A stretch of 64,000 nucleotides of DNA from Octopus sinensis (taxonomy: Eukaryota): contig NC_043014.1 in NCBI RefSeq assembly GCF_006345805.1, forward strand, positions 18,290,001-18,354,000, given 5' to 3'. The notes beneath the pieces are model-generated. The model made no database searches. It saw only the letters and a program-made list of their open reading frames with translations, and had not been told where the DNA came from. This document shows, one piece after another, positions 12,267 through 26,920 of the stretch (its first letter is position 1; every line of letters begins with the position of its first letter). Position numbers and translations under genes: made by a program.

Positions 12267-12400
12267 CAGTGTGGTATATATACATGACAGTGTGGTAAGA
12301 AGCTTGCTTCCTACCCACATGGTTCCGGGTTCAGTCCCACTGCGTGACACTTTGGCTTGATCATGTGTCTCTTACTATAGCCTCGGACCGACCAAAACCT
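12045..12400. mobile_element. Two SINE family B 5' fragments, head-to-head around (TA)n
   Basis: 12045-12190 on minus and 12283-12400 on plus (gtggtaagaagcttgcttcctacccacatggttccgggttcagtccc). Confidence 0.7.
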
Positions 12401-12414
12401 GGAACAGAAGTAAA

Positions 12415-12680
12415 GCTGCTACGTTAGCTAGATACGTATGGACTTTGGACGATAACGAAACAGTGCATGTGATTAAATGGAAAGTAATTGAGAAATCCCT
12501 AACTTATTTGAATGGATCGACTAAATATAGACTTTATTTGGCTGAAAAAGCGCAGACCCTATTCAGATCTAAGATACCTAACTTTGTATAGAACTCCAGT
12601 TCAGAAATTTCCAGTGCTTACATGCATATGTATAAATACATTTTGAGGAATTGGAAAATTCCGCCTATTCCTGACTGACT
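12415..12680 (+). pseudogene. Penelope-like element GIY-YIG endonuclease C-terminal remnant
   Basis: Translates ATLARYVWTLDDNETVHVIKWKVIEKSLTYLNGSTKYRLYLAEKAQTLF...*NSSSEISSAYMHMYKYILRNWK, matching the PLE pattern TxLxxYxWxL...IKWxII...CxLCLxEK...LNxRxE...CxH with the Cys residues decayed. Confidence 0.7.
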
Positions 12681-12952
12681 TGATATATTTCCAGCCTTCT
12701 CATTTAAAGCCTTAGGAGGATACTACTTTTTACCTTTTGACACCTTAGTTTCGTTTTTCGTTTGCTGAATGTTGCCATCTCAGCTTCAGAGCGTTTCTTC
12801 TGTTTATTCAGTTTCTTAGTTCCTTATGATTTTATGATATGAAACTATTAGTATCGCTTTAATACATATATTGTGATCTTTAGATAATAATATTTATCCC
12901 TCACCAGATGGAGCACTTTAATTTGAATTTTCTATGATGGATCAGTATATTT

Positions 12953-13069
<117 letters not shown>

Positions 13070-13338
13070 ATGTTTGTGTTTACGTCCGAAAAACTTAGAG
13101 GCTCGCCAAAAGAGACCAACAGAATAAGTAGTAGGTTTACAAACAATAAATTCTGGGGTCGATTTGTTCGACTAGAGGCGGTCCTCCACCATGACCGCAG
13201 TCAAATGCCTGAAACAAATAAACGAATAAAAGAATATATATATATATATAAAATCCCCTAAAAAGATGAACAAAAAAAAACGTGAGGACGTGGTATATGT
13301 AAAGTATTAGCAGACGCTCAGTCAAGGAAAGAAAGATG

Positions 13339-13373
13339 GTTTAACGTTTCGAGCAACGATCTTCTTCAGAAAC
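13339..13373 (-). ncRNA. Minimal type I hammerhead-like motif in a PLE terminal-repeat fragment
   Basis: GUUU-CUGAAGA-agaucguugcuc-GAAA-CG-UU-AAAC; palindromic AACGUU stem III. Confidence 0.6.
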
Positions 13374-13516
13374 AGAGGAAGTCCAATAGAAAGGAAGACG
13401 GTGGAAGAAAATCGCCAACGATTCACGTGTGGTTACCTTTATTTATAGACATGTCTTACCTTCTCTCTTCTCTCTCAATCTCTTACTCTCTCTCTCTCTC
13501 ATAGATTGATAACCAG

Positions 13517-13564
<48 letters not shown>

Positions 13565-13939
13565 CACGTACACTAAAGGATTAAGTACATACACATAGCG
13601 ATATAGATATATATATATATATATATATGACATCTATTTGTACATATCTGTACACACATATGTGTGCATATGTACATATATGTGATTGGAAGTATGTACT
13701 TGTGTCTGTATATACACACATAGATTATGTGGGCGATATCTTCAACAGAGACGTTACAATCTTATGTGTTTCTTCAAGTGTTTCGATTCCGTCTATGTAC
13801 ATATATTTACTAGATTACTGACATTTATTAATGGTTTTTTGGCATTTTGTTGATATTCCATTTTCAATCATGAATGGCATTTTTGACGACGCGGGTATCC
13901 TAGTACAAACACACACGTGAAATAAATGATATAATACAA

Positions 13940-14925
<986 letters not shown>

Positions 14926-16391
14926 ATGTATGCATTCGAAGTCAACTTTCACTTCAGGCAGACGCTAAAATAGGAATTTAAGTCATTTAATAAAACTCGA
15001 GGTTGATACCAAAACGTTGAAATCTACCCTCAAATGGGAATTAACCCAGTTGTTTAAAGTTATTATAGCTAAAGCTATTTCTTAGTCTCTTTGCCCCATT
15101 ATAATTAGATTTTAAGCTACATAAATCTATCCGTCTCTTTTCATTAAAAGAAGTAATAATTTAATAGAAGAAACATTATTATAGAGTTATACAAAGGCAT
15201 AAGAGATTATTCCGTCTTATGTTTTACTGTCATTATTGAATACATTTGGTGTTTATTTTTGATCCCCTACAAAAAGGAAGAAATCTATAGTTTAAAATGT
15301 AAGAGACATTCCTAGTATATTTTTTTCAGTATAGACACAGTGTGAAAAACGCTAAAATGCTGAACGCTTGTTTATCCTGTCATAAAAATATAGTATGTGC
15401 CTTTCATTTATGTTTCTTTTTTGCATCTTTCAGTCATTGGACTGCGGCTATGCTAGACCACCGCGATGAAAGATTTATTCCAACGAATTCACTTTAGTAC
15501 TTCCTTTTAAAATCTGGTACGTATTATATCGGTCTTTTCACCAAACCGCTAATTTACAGGGACAGTCTGAAACACACACACCTACTCTCACACAAACACA
15601 TATACTGTTTAATTGATAAGAATTTTAAAACTTCAGGAGAACAAGGAATAATTGTTTTTTAATCACAGACCACGATGAAAATAAATTTAGAATTTAAAGC
15701 CACGATTGCTGTTATAAACGAAAATACGACGGCTTCCATACATTTCGGCCATCCAATTTCATGCAGAAGGTATTTGAAAGCACTTGCCCAAGGTACAGCG
15801 AAGTAGGGTTGAACCTGAAACCACGTGCTTGTAACGCGAGCTTCTTAACCACACAGCCATGCCTAAGCCTGAAGAAGAATTACGATAAACAGTGAGAGCG
15901 CGTTTCAAATTTAATACACGGTTTAGAATTTCCAAATAAAGTGGAAGAATTACAATAAATCTTCTAATCATTAATAAATGTAGCACTTCTATTAATTTAT
16001 TTTAATAATCTGTTGCGTGCAACATTTGGGGAATTTTAGGGTGTGAGTTTAACAAATGTAAAATTTTATGCCAGAGAATTAATACAAAAATAACTACAAA
16101 ATAAACGAATACAGAAACAATATGATTTATATATGTAAGCTTGGATAGATTCTATGCCAAAAATGTAAATCTTTCTTAGACTTACGGATAAAATAATACT
16201 TATTGTGCATTACATGTGTAATTTATAAAACAGATACACTTTCAGACATACGTATTAAACACACATAACTAAGCGCGGGCGTACGCACACACACACACAA
16301 AATTTTATGAGGTAAACTTTAAAAAGAAAGCGAATACAGTAAATATATATTGAATATAGAGATGCATGGATAGTTCCTATGTTGAAAATGG

Positions 16392-18321
16392 GGATCTTTT
16401 CTTTTTGAAAGCCAGATTTTTCAGATTTTTCTAGTTAACTAAATAATTTGAAACTTCGTATATTGGTAGAATGTGTCAAAAGAAAACAATAATTTCAACT
16501 AGTTTTTTTGACAAAAATGTATTTTATATGTTTAAACGTAGTTTAAATCTGCGAATTTTAACCAATCGTATTCTCTGTAATCAGTTGAAATTATTTGCTC
16601 CGTCTAAACATATTGTTACTGTGACGTAAACAGCGCACACGTACTGTTTACTTTGGATGAATAATAAACACATATTCAGTGTTTTTGTATAGGCTTCGGG
16701 TGTTTTCTCTATACAATGTATATATTTACTATAAACTTGTGCACACGCTTTGATTCTTCAGTTTGACACACGCCTTGAACCGGTTATTTGGCTTGTATGC
16801 ACCCACATACACACACGTACCCATCCATACGCATACTCGCACATAATCAGGGCCCCTCTGCGTTTTCGCTCGTCGATGTGCTAGGAATAACACCCAAATC
16901 CCCTTAAAACCATATACTACTGGGTAATATAATCATAGATGCTATATCTGAAAAAAAAGTGGGGGGAGGGCGCAAAAATACGGGTTGGTCATAGTTGGAA
17001 CCCTTTGATCCTCAACGGGTTTATCAGGATGACCTGAGTTAAATAGCAATAACAATATATTTGTAATATTGATTTAAGACACAAAGCATATATTTTGGGG
17101 TGAGTGGAGGGTATAATCATTTATATCGATCTCCAATACTTGATCGATGTATTTTCTCGACCGTGGAAAAACAGACGGCTTGTTTTGAATTCCGGTGAGG
17201 GTTGAAACCCGAACGTATAGGACCGTATCCCTAAACATTCTAACAGTCCTTTACCAAGCCCTTGTCAGCATGTAATATCATCTGATCCACATTATCTCTC
17301 TATTATTTGTCCACGCGAAAAAATATATCATCAAGGTGACATAGTTAAACTTCGACGAAAAATATAATGTAAAGCTGGCAGAATCGGTAGTGCATCGGAT
17401 AAAATGCCTAGCGTCATTTCTTACGAATCTTTACGTTCCGTGTTCGAATATTGCTGAGCTTTCCTTCTTTCGGGCGGCGCTTATAGAATAAGTACCAGTT
17501 GAATACAATCGACTAGTTCTTCCCATCAGCTTCAGGCCTTGTACTTACTGGGGAAAGAAATATTATTAAGGAAGCAGGTGGGGCAAGCTGGCAGAATCGT
17601 TCGTGCGTCGGACAAAATACTTTGTGGCATTTCTTCCGACTCCTCACGTTACCGTCGGCGTCGACTTTACCTTTCATGATCAATTAAGTACCAGTCAATG
17701 TAATCGATTAACCCCTCCCAAATTTTTGGTCTTGTGCCAAAATTTTGTGCAATTTTATTTTTTATATCGAAACTAAATATATAGTTTTAGCTCTCAAGGT
17801 GAACTCCAAGCAATTACCTATCATGAAAGGTATTCTAGGTTTGACCATCTACTCCAAAGGCACGATGAAGTGGTGGGCAGTTAAAATGTTTTAAAACGTG
17901 GATTTTTCAGAAAAATAAGATTTAATGCGAATTACATGTATTTTAGTGTGACGAAAATTACCGAAACCCCTTCATTTTATTCTCGACAGCTATTTCGAAA
18001 GCCCGCCGTATTTTTATTATTATTCTGTCTGTTTAGGACTTTGTTATATGGGGCGGTGATGTTTACATTTTAGCTATGTTAACAAAATAGCTATTTACGT
18101 CACAGTAACAATATTTTGAGGAGCAGTAAATAATATGAGGCCGAAAGAAAGAATATCATTGGTTAAAATTCGAATTTTTAAACAACGTTAAACTTAGAAA
18201 TTACAATTCCGTTTTCATTTTGGTTTACAATTATGTTTTCTTTTGACACATTCTACCAGTATACGAAGTTTCAAATTGTTTAGTTAACTAGGAAAATCTG
18301 GCTTTCAAAAGGAAAAGATCT
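16392..18321. mobile_element. Non-autonomous DNA transposon with ~240-bp TIRs and 8-9-bp TSD (Merlin-like or MULE-like)
   Basis: Left TIR ggatcttttc...attgttactgtgacgtaaacagc (16392-16634) and right TIR gctatttacgtcacagtaacaat...ggaaaagatc(t) (18090-18321); (t)gaaaatgg is duplicated on both flanks; SINE fragments are nested at about 17370-17745. Confidence 0.8.
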
Positions 18322-18489
18322 GAAAATGGAAACCTTTCGTTGTGTTACTTGTAAAATAATTTTCAATCATCGCCAATTATACGTATACTTTAAACCCAGT
18401 TTCTATGCTTATATATATAGCTTTCTTGTGTGTGTGTGTGTGTATTCATATATGTATATGTGTATATGTATGTAAATATATTTATATAT

Positions 18490-18720
18490 AACTTTTATAT
18501 TTTACTTGCCTCGTCATTTGACTGTGGCCATGCTGGGGCACCGCGCTGAGGGATTTTTAGTCCAACAAATCGACCTCAGGGCTTTTAAGCCTAGAACTTA
18601 TTCTATCAGTGTATTTTGCTGAACCGCTAAATTAACGGTGCAAAATACACCAACACCGGTTGTAAAGCGGTGGTGGGGGACAAAGAGACACTAAACACAC
18701 ACACATATACACAAACACAC
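18490..18720 (-). mobile_element. SINE family B 3' half
   Basis: tcatttgactgtggccatgctggggcaccgc...gaaccgctaa...acaccggttgt. Confidence 0.75.
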
Positions 18721-18738
18721 ACACACATGAATATATAT

Positions 18739-18804
<66 letters not shown>

Positions 18805-18929
18805 TAGGGAGAATTCACGAAAAAAAACAAGGACGAAGACAGGTGGTGTAGAAAAGCAAACAGATGTATTATCATTCCGGTGTCCGACACGGAGTAACTC
18901 ATTCATACATTCTGTCTTCTGTCACCCAT

Positions 18930-19178
18930 TACAAGCCTAGCCAGGCTCATAGGCCCGGTTTTCCGGTTTCTATGTTTCCCCCAGCTGGACGGGACGCCAG
19001 TCCATCGCAAAAAGAGAAAGAGTACAACAGGGGTCGCCACCACCCCCTGCCGGAGCATCGTGGAGCTTTTAGTTGTTTTCGCTCAATAAGCACACACAAC
19101 ACCCGGTCTGGGAATCGAAACCGCGGTCCTCCGACCGCGAGTCCGCTGCCTTAACCATTGGACCATTGCGCCTCCACC
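18930..19178 (-). mobile_element. SINE family C
   Basis: Minus-strand head ggtggaggcgcaatggtccaatggttaaggcagcggactcgcggtcggaggaccgcggtttcgattccc. Confidence 0.75.
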
Positions 19179-19588
19179 ATTCATACATTAAAAAAAGAAA
19201 AAATGTAAGACGTGATTTAAAGATATAAATAAAATTTAGCTACAAATATGTGCCTGTATGTGTGAAAGCTATGCAATTTAAAAATATAAATAAAATAAGA
19301 TTTAAATATAAAATATATATAAAAAAATTTTGAAGTTTACATGTATATACATATAAGAATATATACATAATTACACATATTTGCTGGATGGCTGTTGACT
19401 GCTCACGAGTTCCTCCGCCCATTGTCGGGTGTTATTTTTCATGCCACAGAGTGTTCCACAATCACCCTTCTCACCAAGCTTGCCTGGTAGTGTTGCCAGT
19501 TTTGTCACCGACAACAGAACCATGCAACAGATACTACTGGATTACATGTTACCAGTGGCACTCAAATGCGACATGACTATATCTAAAA

Positions 19589-19697
<109 letters not shown>

Positions 19698-20360
19698 GCA
19701 CGATGGGCTTCTTTTAGTTTCCATCTACCAAATCCATTCACAAGGTTTTAGACGGTCTGAAGCTATAGTAGAAGAAACTTGCTCAAAGTGCCACCCAGTA
19801 GGACTGAATTGGGAACGATGTGCTTGGGAAGTAAGCTTCTTACCATATAGCCAAGGGGAGATTGACAGGTTTAGGGAGAGAGAGAGAGAGAGAGATAGTG
19901 AATGAGAAAGTGAGAAAGAAAGAAAGAGCAAGAGAGGGAGAGAGAGAGAGAGAGAGAGAGAGGGTCTAAGTATATACACATAACAATATTGATAGATTAC
20001 AAAATTACATGATTTACCTCTTCTAAGTGCTCTGTTCTTATGTGAAGTGAGAAATGATTATGCATGGGGTATTTTGAAAATAATTTCAGTAACACAATCA
20101 GGAATTAGATGTCGCAGAGAAGTGCAATTTCTTTTCATAATTATATTGTGACATTGAGAAATGCTTTGAAAAGAAACAGAACAAATAAAAGATACATGTT
20201 TATGAAAAATATATCAAAACTTGATATTTTGAGATTTTACTATTCGTTTTAGATTTTTTTAAAAATGCCAGAATAAAAGTTAGATAGATATATGAGTCAT
20301 ATAATAATGATGATGATGACGATGATGATAATTATTATTATTACTTTTTTTTATTATTAA

Positions 20361-20572
20361 GGGGGCGAGCTGGTATAATCGTTAGCACATCAGGCGAAAT
20401 GCTTGGCAGTATTTCGTCTGTCGTTACGTTCTGAGTTCCCATTCCACTGAAGTCGACTTTGCCTTTCATCCTTTCGGGGTCGATAAATAAAGTACCAGTT
20501 GAGTACTTGTGTCGATGTAATCGACTATCCCACTCCCATAAAATTTCGAACTTTGTGCCTATAGTAGAATGG

Positions 20573-20604
<32 letters not shown>

Positions 20605-21241
20605 AGGCGGTGAGCTGGCAGAATCATTAGCACGCCAGGCAAAATGCCTAGCAGCATTTCGTCCGCCTTTACGTTCTGAGTTCAAATTCAAGGTTGACTT
20701 AGCTTTTCATCCGTTTAGGATCGATAGAATAAATATTAGTTGAACACTGGGGTCGATCTAATCGACTAGCCCCTTCCCTACAAAATTTTAGGCCCTGTGG
20801 CTATAGTAGAAAGGATTGTTGTTGTTGTTATTGTTATTGTTATTATTATTATTATTATTATTATTGAGATGGTGAGCTGATAGAACCATTAGCACGCCGG
20901 GCAAAGTGCATTTCGGCATTTCGTCCGTCATTATGTTCCGAGTTCAAGTTCCGTCGAGGTCGACTTTGGCCTGCAAGCCTTCGGGGTCGATAAATTACGT
21001 ACCAGTCGGACTATTATAATTGCTGTTGTTGTGACGGCGGTGATTTGGCAGAATTGTTAGCACGCTGGATGAAATTCTTAGTGGCATTTCGCCCGTCGCT
21101 AAGTTCTGAGTTCAGATTCCGCCAAAACTCTACGTTTTATCCTTTCTGGGTCGATAAGTTAAGTACCAGTTGAGTACTAGGGTCGATCTAATCGACTGGC
21201 TCCCTCCCCAAAATTTCAGGCCTTGTACTTATCCTAGAAAT
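20361..21241 (+). mobile_element. Four head-to-tail SINE family A copies separated by (ATT)n/(GTT)n
   Basis: Heads at about 20361, 20606, 20866 and 21035. Confidence 0.85.
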
Positions 21242-22939
21242 GTTTTTTTTTGTTGTATGACATGAAAATACAACTCTGATAAAACTCTCGAAAAATTTAG
21301 GTTTAATTGTGCAGAAAAGAAATTCATTTTTTTTCTTTTTGCTTATGAAGTGTTTGAAACCATTTTGCTCCCGCTTGCATATCTAGTTAATCTTTGGGCA
21401 TTATACTTTTACAAATAGGCATCAAAATTTAATATGGTATTTTCTGTGGAAGAGTGAGTTGTTGCTATATTCATATGTGGTATGAACATAATTTTGAGAA
21501 GCTGGTAAAACGAAGACAATACCTAATAAATATTCTGAGTTTCCAAAAGATAGTCACATTCTACTAAACACATATGGCGAAAGGACAAATTTTAATAATA
21601 AAGGTTACAGTTCCTTATTCTTTAGTAACAATAATTTGAAAAATGACCCGATAGATGAATTAGCATGAATTAGGGAATAAAACTGAAAGAAGTTTTGCAT
21701 ATGAGATGGCCGCTGTATTGTATGGTGTGTGCTCCGTCGACAGCAAAAGCGTTTCCAGCCTTTATCAGGGAAGATGAAGAAAATGGCAGGCAGGGCTACT
21801 GTGTTATAAACCTGCCCACTGGCTAGTGAAACGAAACATGAAGTTTACGATTAGAAATACCGGTAATGGCATTGATCGTAGTCTCATCATCGTCAGGAGA
21901 TGATGGACATGGAGATGGGGCAGTAACATACTGTAGAATAAGGTGTGCAGAGAAATACATGTCATTATTTCTCCCCCAAACCGAAAATTGTACTAGGTTG
22001 TGGTTGCAAAGAGAAAAGCAATACTATTGATGCGGGAGGGAAAAGTCAGTTGAAATATGTGTGGAAGTCTGATCTCCTTGACAGCTTCCTGCGTATGAGA
22101 AGAAGAGGAGGAGGAGACGAAAAAGACAGGGGAAAGACACTAAGCGAAAGAACCAAAGCCGTTGTCACTGCAAAACCAGCCGAGACACAGAGTACAACCT
22201 GAGCGGAAGAAATTTTGTTTTCAGTCAGAGATGCGGGAGGGGACCAAGGAGCTCGAGCTTTCTTCCCACAGTACAGCACTTGTGCGTGCGTATGTATGTC
22301 TCCCCTCTCTCACACTACACACACACACAAACGCGCGCGCACACACACACACGCATGCGCATAGACGCACATACACGTGTGTACATATGTATGTATACAC
22401 GTGAGCAAAAAAAATGACGAAAACGAACCAGATATGTTTGTGTAAATTTGCCGCATGTTATTTATACTGTAATTTATATATATTATTTGCACCAAATGTT
22501 TTCATAACTCTTAAATATTCACTTAATAGCATCGTAAAGGGAAAAGGATAATTTTTACAAATTCACATGTTCAATTGTTTTGAAGCGAAATATAAATTCC
22601 TAAAATTACCAGATTTTCATCTTCTAAGCTCATGGGCCGATATCTTAGGTAAGACATTAGACACTAAAGATGTATATAAAAAAAATTTGGTTAATTGAGT
22701 TGTTTTTGGTTATTCATTTTTGGAGGAAGTTTTGTAAAAAGTATTCAAAATTTTAAGAAGTGTACTTTTATGTCTCGTTTAAATGGAACTGTGCAAGTTC
22801 CTGTTTAAATAACAAGTCGTACATAAACAAGTATAATATTAAGTAACAAATTATTTTTTTGTTAAATATGCCTTCAAAGAAAAATAATTACATGCTGAAA
22901 TGGTTATAATATATTAAATTACTATTCTTTGTTTGTGAA

Positions 22940-23520
22940 GCAGGCACCACATATTTGAAAGTCCACAAGATATAGAAATATAAGAAAATTCCTGTTTCTC
23001 TATCTTCCACGATGGGAATAATAGGCCTACTCTTCTAGAAAACTGATTCTGTTGAAAAGGAGGGTGGATCTGGCCGGCCTAGAACAACTGCAGGTACAGG
23101 TGACAGAAGAATGAAATTCTTAGCTTTTCAGGAATGTAAACATGCTTTCTGCAGCTGTTTTGAAGCTTTAGAACATTGCTGAAAGATATTGGTACTGCTG
23201 AAAAAGAAGAAGTGAAAATTCTATTAACCCTTAGGAAAATAAAGACGCATCGAGGACAGCTGGTTCTTTTTTGGCTAACTGTGATCCAGACTGATAAGTT
23301 CTCTGGAACGATGGATTTTATTGTGATTACCGAGAACGTTGTTTTTAAGGTGTTATTGACATCCTCTACTCTGACTACTTTTAAAAGTCTTTGATGCATG
23401 GGGTGTGGAGTAGAATCATAGTGCTGTGTACATTTTCATTTGCAGGTGCTGGTAAACTCATGAGGTAGACCAGCCAGATACTGTCTTTGGAATATTTAAG
23501 ATTGTTAGAGACCGAATGAA
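22940..23520 (+). pseudogene. Decayed Tc1-type transposase fragment
   Basis: KTDSVEKEGGSGRPRTTAGTGDRR (GRPR motif) from 23039, and HGVWSRIIVLCTFSFAGAGKL at 23397 resembling Tc1 HGGGSVMVWGCFSxxGxGxL; stops and frameshifts present. Confidence 0.7.
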
Positions 23521-23685
23521 TTTCCCCTCAGCTTCGCATTCACAGTTACTAGATGTCATTTCTTCGTCTCGCAACACAATCTCGAAGACCAAATGGCACT
23601 CTGCTATTTTATCTAAGTGATTATTTATTGTTCACGTCGATATATATTTCTCTGTTATTTCATTTGAAAAAAATATTGTTTTAAG

Positions 23686-24352
23686 TTGGTGAGCTGACAC
23701 AATCGTTACCGCACCGGAAAGAACTGCTTAGCAGCGTTTCATCCGACTTTACGTCCTGAGTTCAAAAGCTGCTGGGGTCGAATTTGCCTTCTACCCTTTC
23801 GGGATCGATAAAATGAATACCAGTTGAACACCGGGGTCGATTTAATTGACTTACTTCCTTCCCCGAATCTGCTGGCCTTATGTCAAAATTTATACCGATA
23901 TTATTCCCTTGTTTCGAGCGGCAAGCTTGTACAGTCGTTAACCCGCCAAGTAAAAAGCTTAGCGGCATTTCGTCTGTTTTGCCTTCTGAGTTCAAATTCC
24001 GCCGAACCGACTTTGCCTTTCATCCTTTCGGGGTTGATAAAATTAAGTTCCAGTTAAACACTGGGATCGATATAGTTGACTTACCCTCCTCTCAAAGTGT
24101 TGGCCTTGTGCCAAAATTTGAAATCATCATTATTATTATTATCAAAACGGTGAGCTGTTAGAATCGTACGCACGCCGGGAGAAACGTTTAGCGGCAGTTC
24201 GTCCGTCTTTAGATTCTAAGTTCAAATTCTGCTGCGGTCGACTTAGCATTTCATCTTTGGAGGTCGATAAAATAAGTGCCAGCCAGAGCTCTATGTATTC
24301 AACTAGATCTCTGCCCCAAAATTTCAGGCCTTGTGCTTAGAGTAGGAAGGAT
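23686..24352 (+). mobile_element. Three head-to-tail SINE family A copies
   Basis: Heads at about 23686, 23915 and 24147, each with gagttcaaa and gtcgataaaat motifs. Confidence 0.8.
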
Positions 24353-26920
24353 ATTGTTTCCTTGCTTTTTTATCTTTATCTCCTAATTTAGTCATCGTAC
24401 ACAGTTTTTCATGTCTTTGATCGTTGTGTCTTTTTGTGCACACTGGTCTCAAATCTCGTAATGGGTTGTGGGCACCGATGAATGACCTTCATTATTGCAT
24501 CAATATGCAACGATCTCTGCATCATTCTGAAGTGATTATAATCGTTATCGTGGTCGATGTTTAGTTATAAATTAACCCTGACCCAGCATATCTCTGATGA
24601 AACAATTTTCCGTCGTGCCAATTATTTCATATTTCTCCCACAGTACAATTCGGATTAAATTATCCAATACCACTTTTAATTTTAACGAAGTAGAAGTTAA
24701 TTCACGCGAGGTCTGGTTCCTGTTTCTAGAGATTATTACATTGCGTAGAAGTTTCCTCATAAGTTTGGATACTTTATCGTTTCAGACACAAGAAACTCAT
24801 GAAGAAAAAAAAAACGAAAAACAAAAACAACCAAAATCTCCCGAAAAATAAGCGAAATTTGAAACAAAAGAAAACACAAAAAAATATAAATGTAAATAAA
24901 TATCACAAAATAAAGAAAGAACAAGAAAAAATAGCATCAAACATGAGAAACGCTGAATGAAGGATTTCCAAGATGTAACTTGTAAGCTTTCATTTGGTGT
25001 CAATTAAAATGGATTAAACGATTACAAGTTTAGACATTACGTGTGGTCTGTAAAAGTAGAATTCTGTAATTAAATTCCTCAAGATATGTAGTCCGGTGGG
25101 TGCTGTTCTGATTTAATCACGATATTGTCATCCGCATTATGTATTTATGAAGACAGGTAGAATTAGAAGTCGTAGACCACATATGAAAATTTGAAGCAGC
25201 ATAGCCTAGTGGTTAAGGTTTTGTGCTTACGGTCGCAGGATCGTGGTTTCAGTTTCTGGAGCGAGTAGTTCGTTGTGTTTTTGAGCGAATCACTTCATTT
25301 CACTTTACCCTATGAGAAACCCTGTGACACTCTAAACGTCCTGTTTAGTCGGAACGTTGTTATCTAGGTCATTTAAATCAGTAATGTTCAGGAGTTGATG
25401 ATGATTAAATTATCCGGTAGTATGTATTACATATTTTTATGTTCCGCCTTCAAAATTCTGTGAACTAGCAGAGTTGCTGGGGGCAAAATCACTTGCAATA
25501 TTTGCTCCTTTTCGCTGGGCTTTGTGTTGAGATCCTGCTTTACCTATCTTTAATATCGATAAGATACAATATCAGTCAACATTAGTGGATTGACAGATTT
25601 GTTAAAGCACCTAACATTATGCTTTTGCGCTATTTGTTACAGCTGTGTTCTTTCGTGGTGGTGTTTATCAGTCATTTAGTTTAACACTACCAGCTGGTAC
25701 TTGGCTGTTTTTAGCAAAGTTCATTCTTTTGCGAAGATTTGAGGATAAGTTTCTTCCTTTCTCTTCCTCCCTAAACGTTAAATAAATAAAAAAAACTGTT
25801 TTGTGTTCTATTATTCTAAAGTTGGTGTAATAAAGTACCAGGAGGCGAAAGGATTGGCACTACACCTCCCATAAAATGTGTGATCTTGTGCATTTATTAC
25901 AAATAAAAATAAATATAATTAGAGCGGTAGATGTCAGAATAGCAATAGTGTTTCTCAACCGATGTTTCTGGAAATCTGGAGCTACAGATAAATTTACTAA
26001 TTCACTGCAAATACATTTTTATGTTTAATTCTATGTTCGTAATATTATTATGCACGCACGGCATACTAACTAAGACAAGAAGAAAATCTTAACAACTGCC
26101 GTTAGTTAACACCACGAATAAATTAACATCCTAAATGGGAATTATTGGAAAATATGGTTTAAATATGGTCTTCATTAAGATGAAATTTTTAAAACTTGTC
26201 GTGTCTGATGGATTTAACTTTGTCAAACCATGTAAAGACAGTTTTCTGATTTCTTTAACGGCTTAAGAAGTTTGACTTAATGCAAGAGAAAGGAAAAATA
26301 ATTGAATTGAGATTATGATAACTTTTGAGTGAGAGTCACATAGCTGAGCAGTGTAATGATCAAAGGCGATCAAACCATTAACCGTCCTGCGTCCTGACGG
26401 TTATGTAGGAATACATTATCCAAAGTACTTTGCCTTAACTTAAGACAGTGGAGCATCATTTGAGGAATATTTTACTGCTATTTCTAACAGAAAGATATAC
26501 TATATACAATCTCCTGCTTCGACTCAGAATTGTTCGTGGTGGTGGAGCTGATCTGGTATAATGTGTTGATGAGGGATATACATTGAATAATATGTGAAAC
26601 GGATGTTCCAGGACGCACATGAATGGTAGTGCATGTGAGGTTAAAATGGACCACACCATGGGAAGGTATGATCAAACCCTTAATGTAGATCAGAGTGACG
26701 GCATAGTTTTTATAAGTGACTAGCATTAAAGACCCGTCGTTGCCGGGTCATAGTGCTAGTGCATGTACATATGTGTATATATATATGTGTACATATTACA
26801 TGTACATCTATATATATACATCTAAACATATAAAGTACAAAATACAAAGTTATATCTTGATATCGCTAGTGATAACAATACTCAAAATATGTAACAGACT
26901 GGAATTGTTAGCCCGTCTCT

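Noticed and set aside
21700-22270. GC-richer unique stretch, possible host exon or promoter
   Set aside because: No frame stays open with recognisable homology and no convincing splice-site pair; cannot be supported without RNA-seq.
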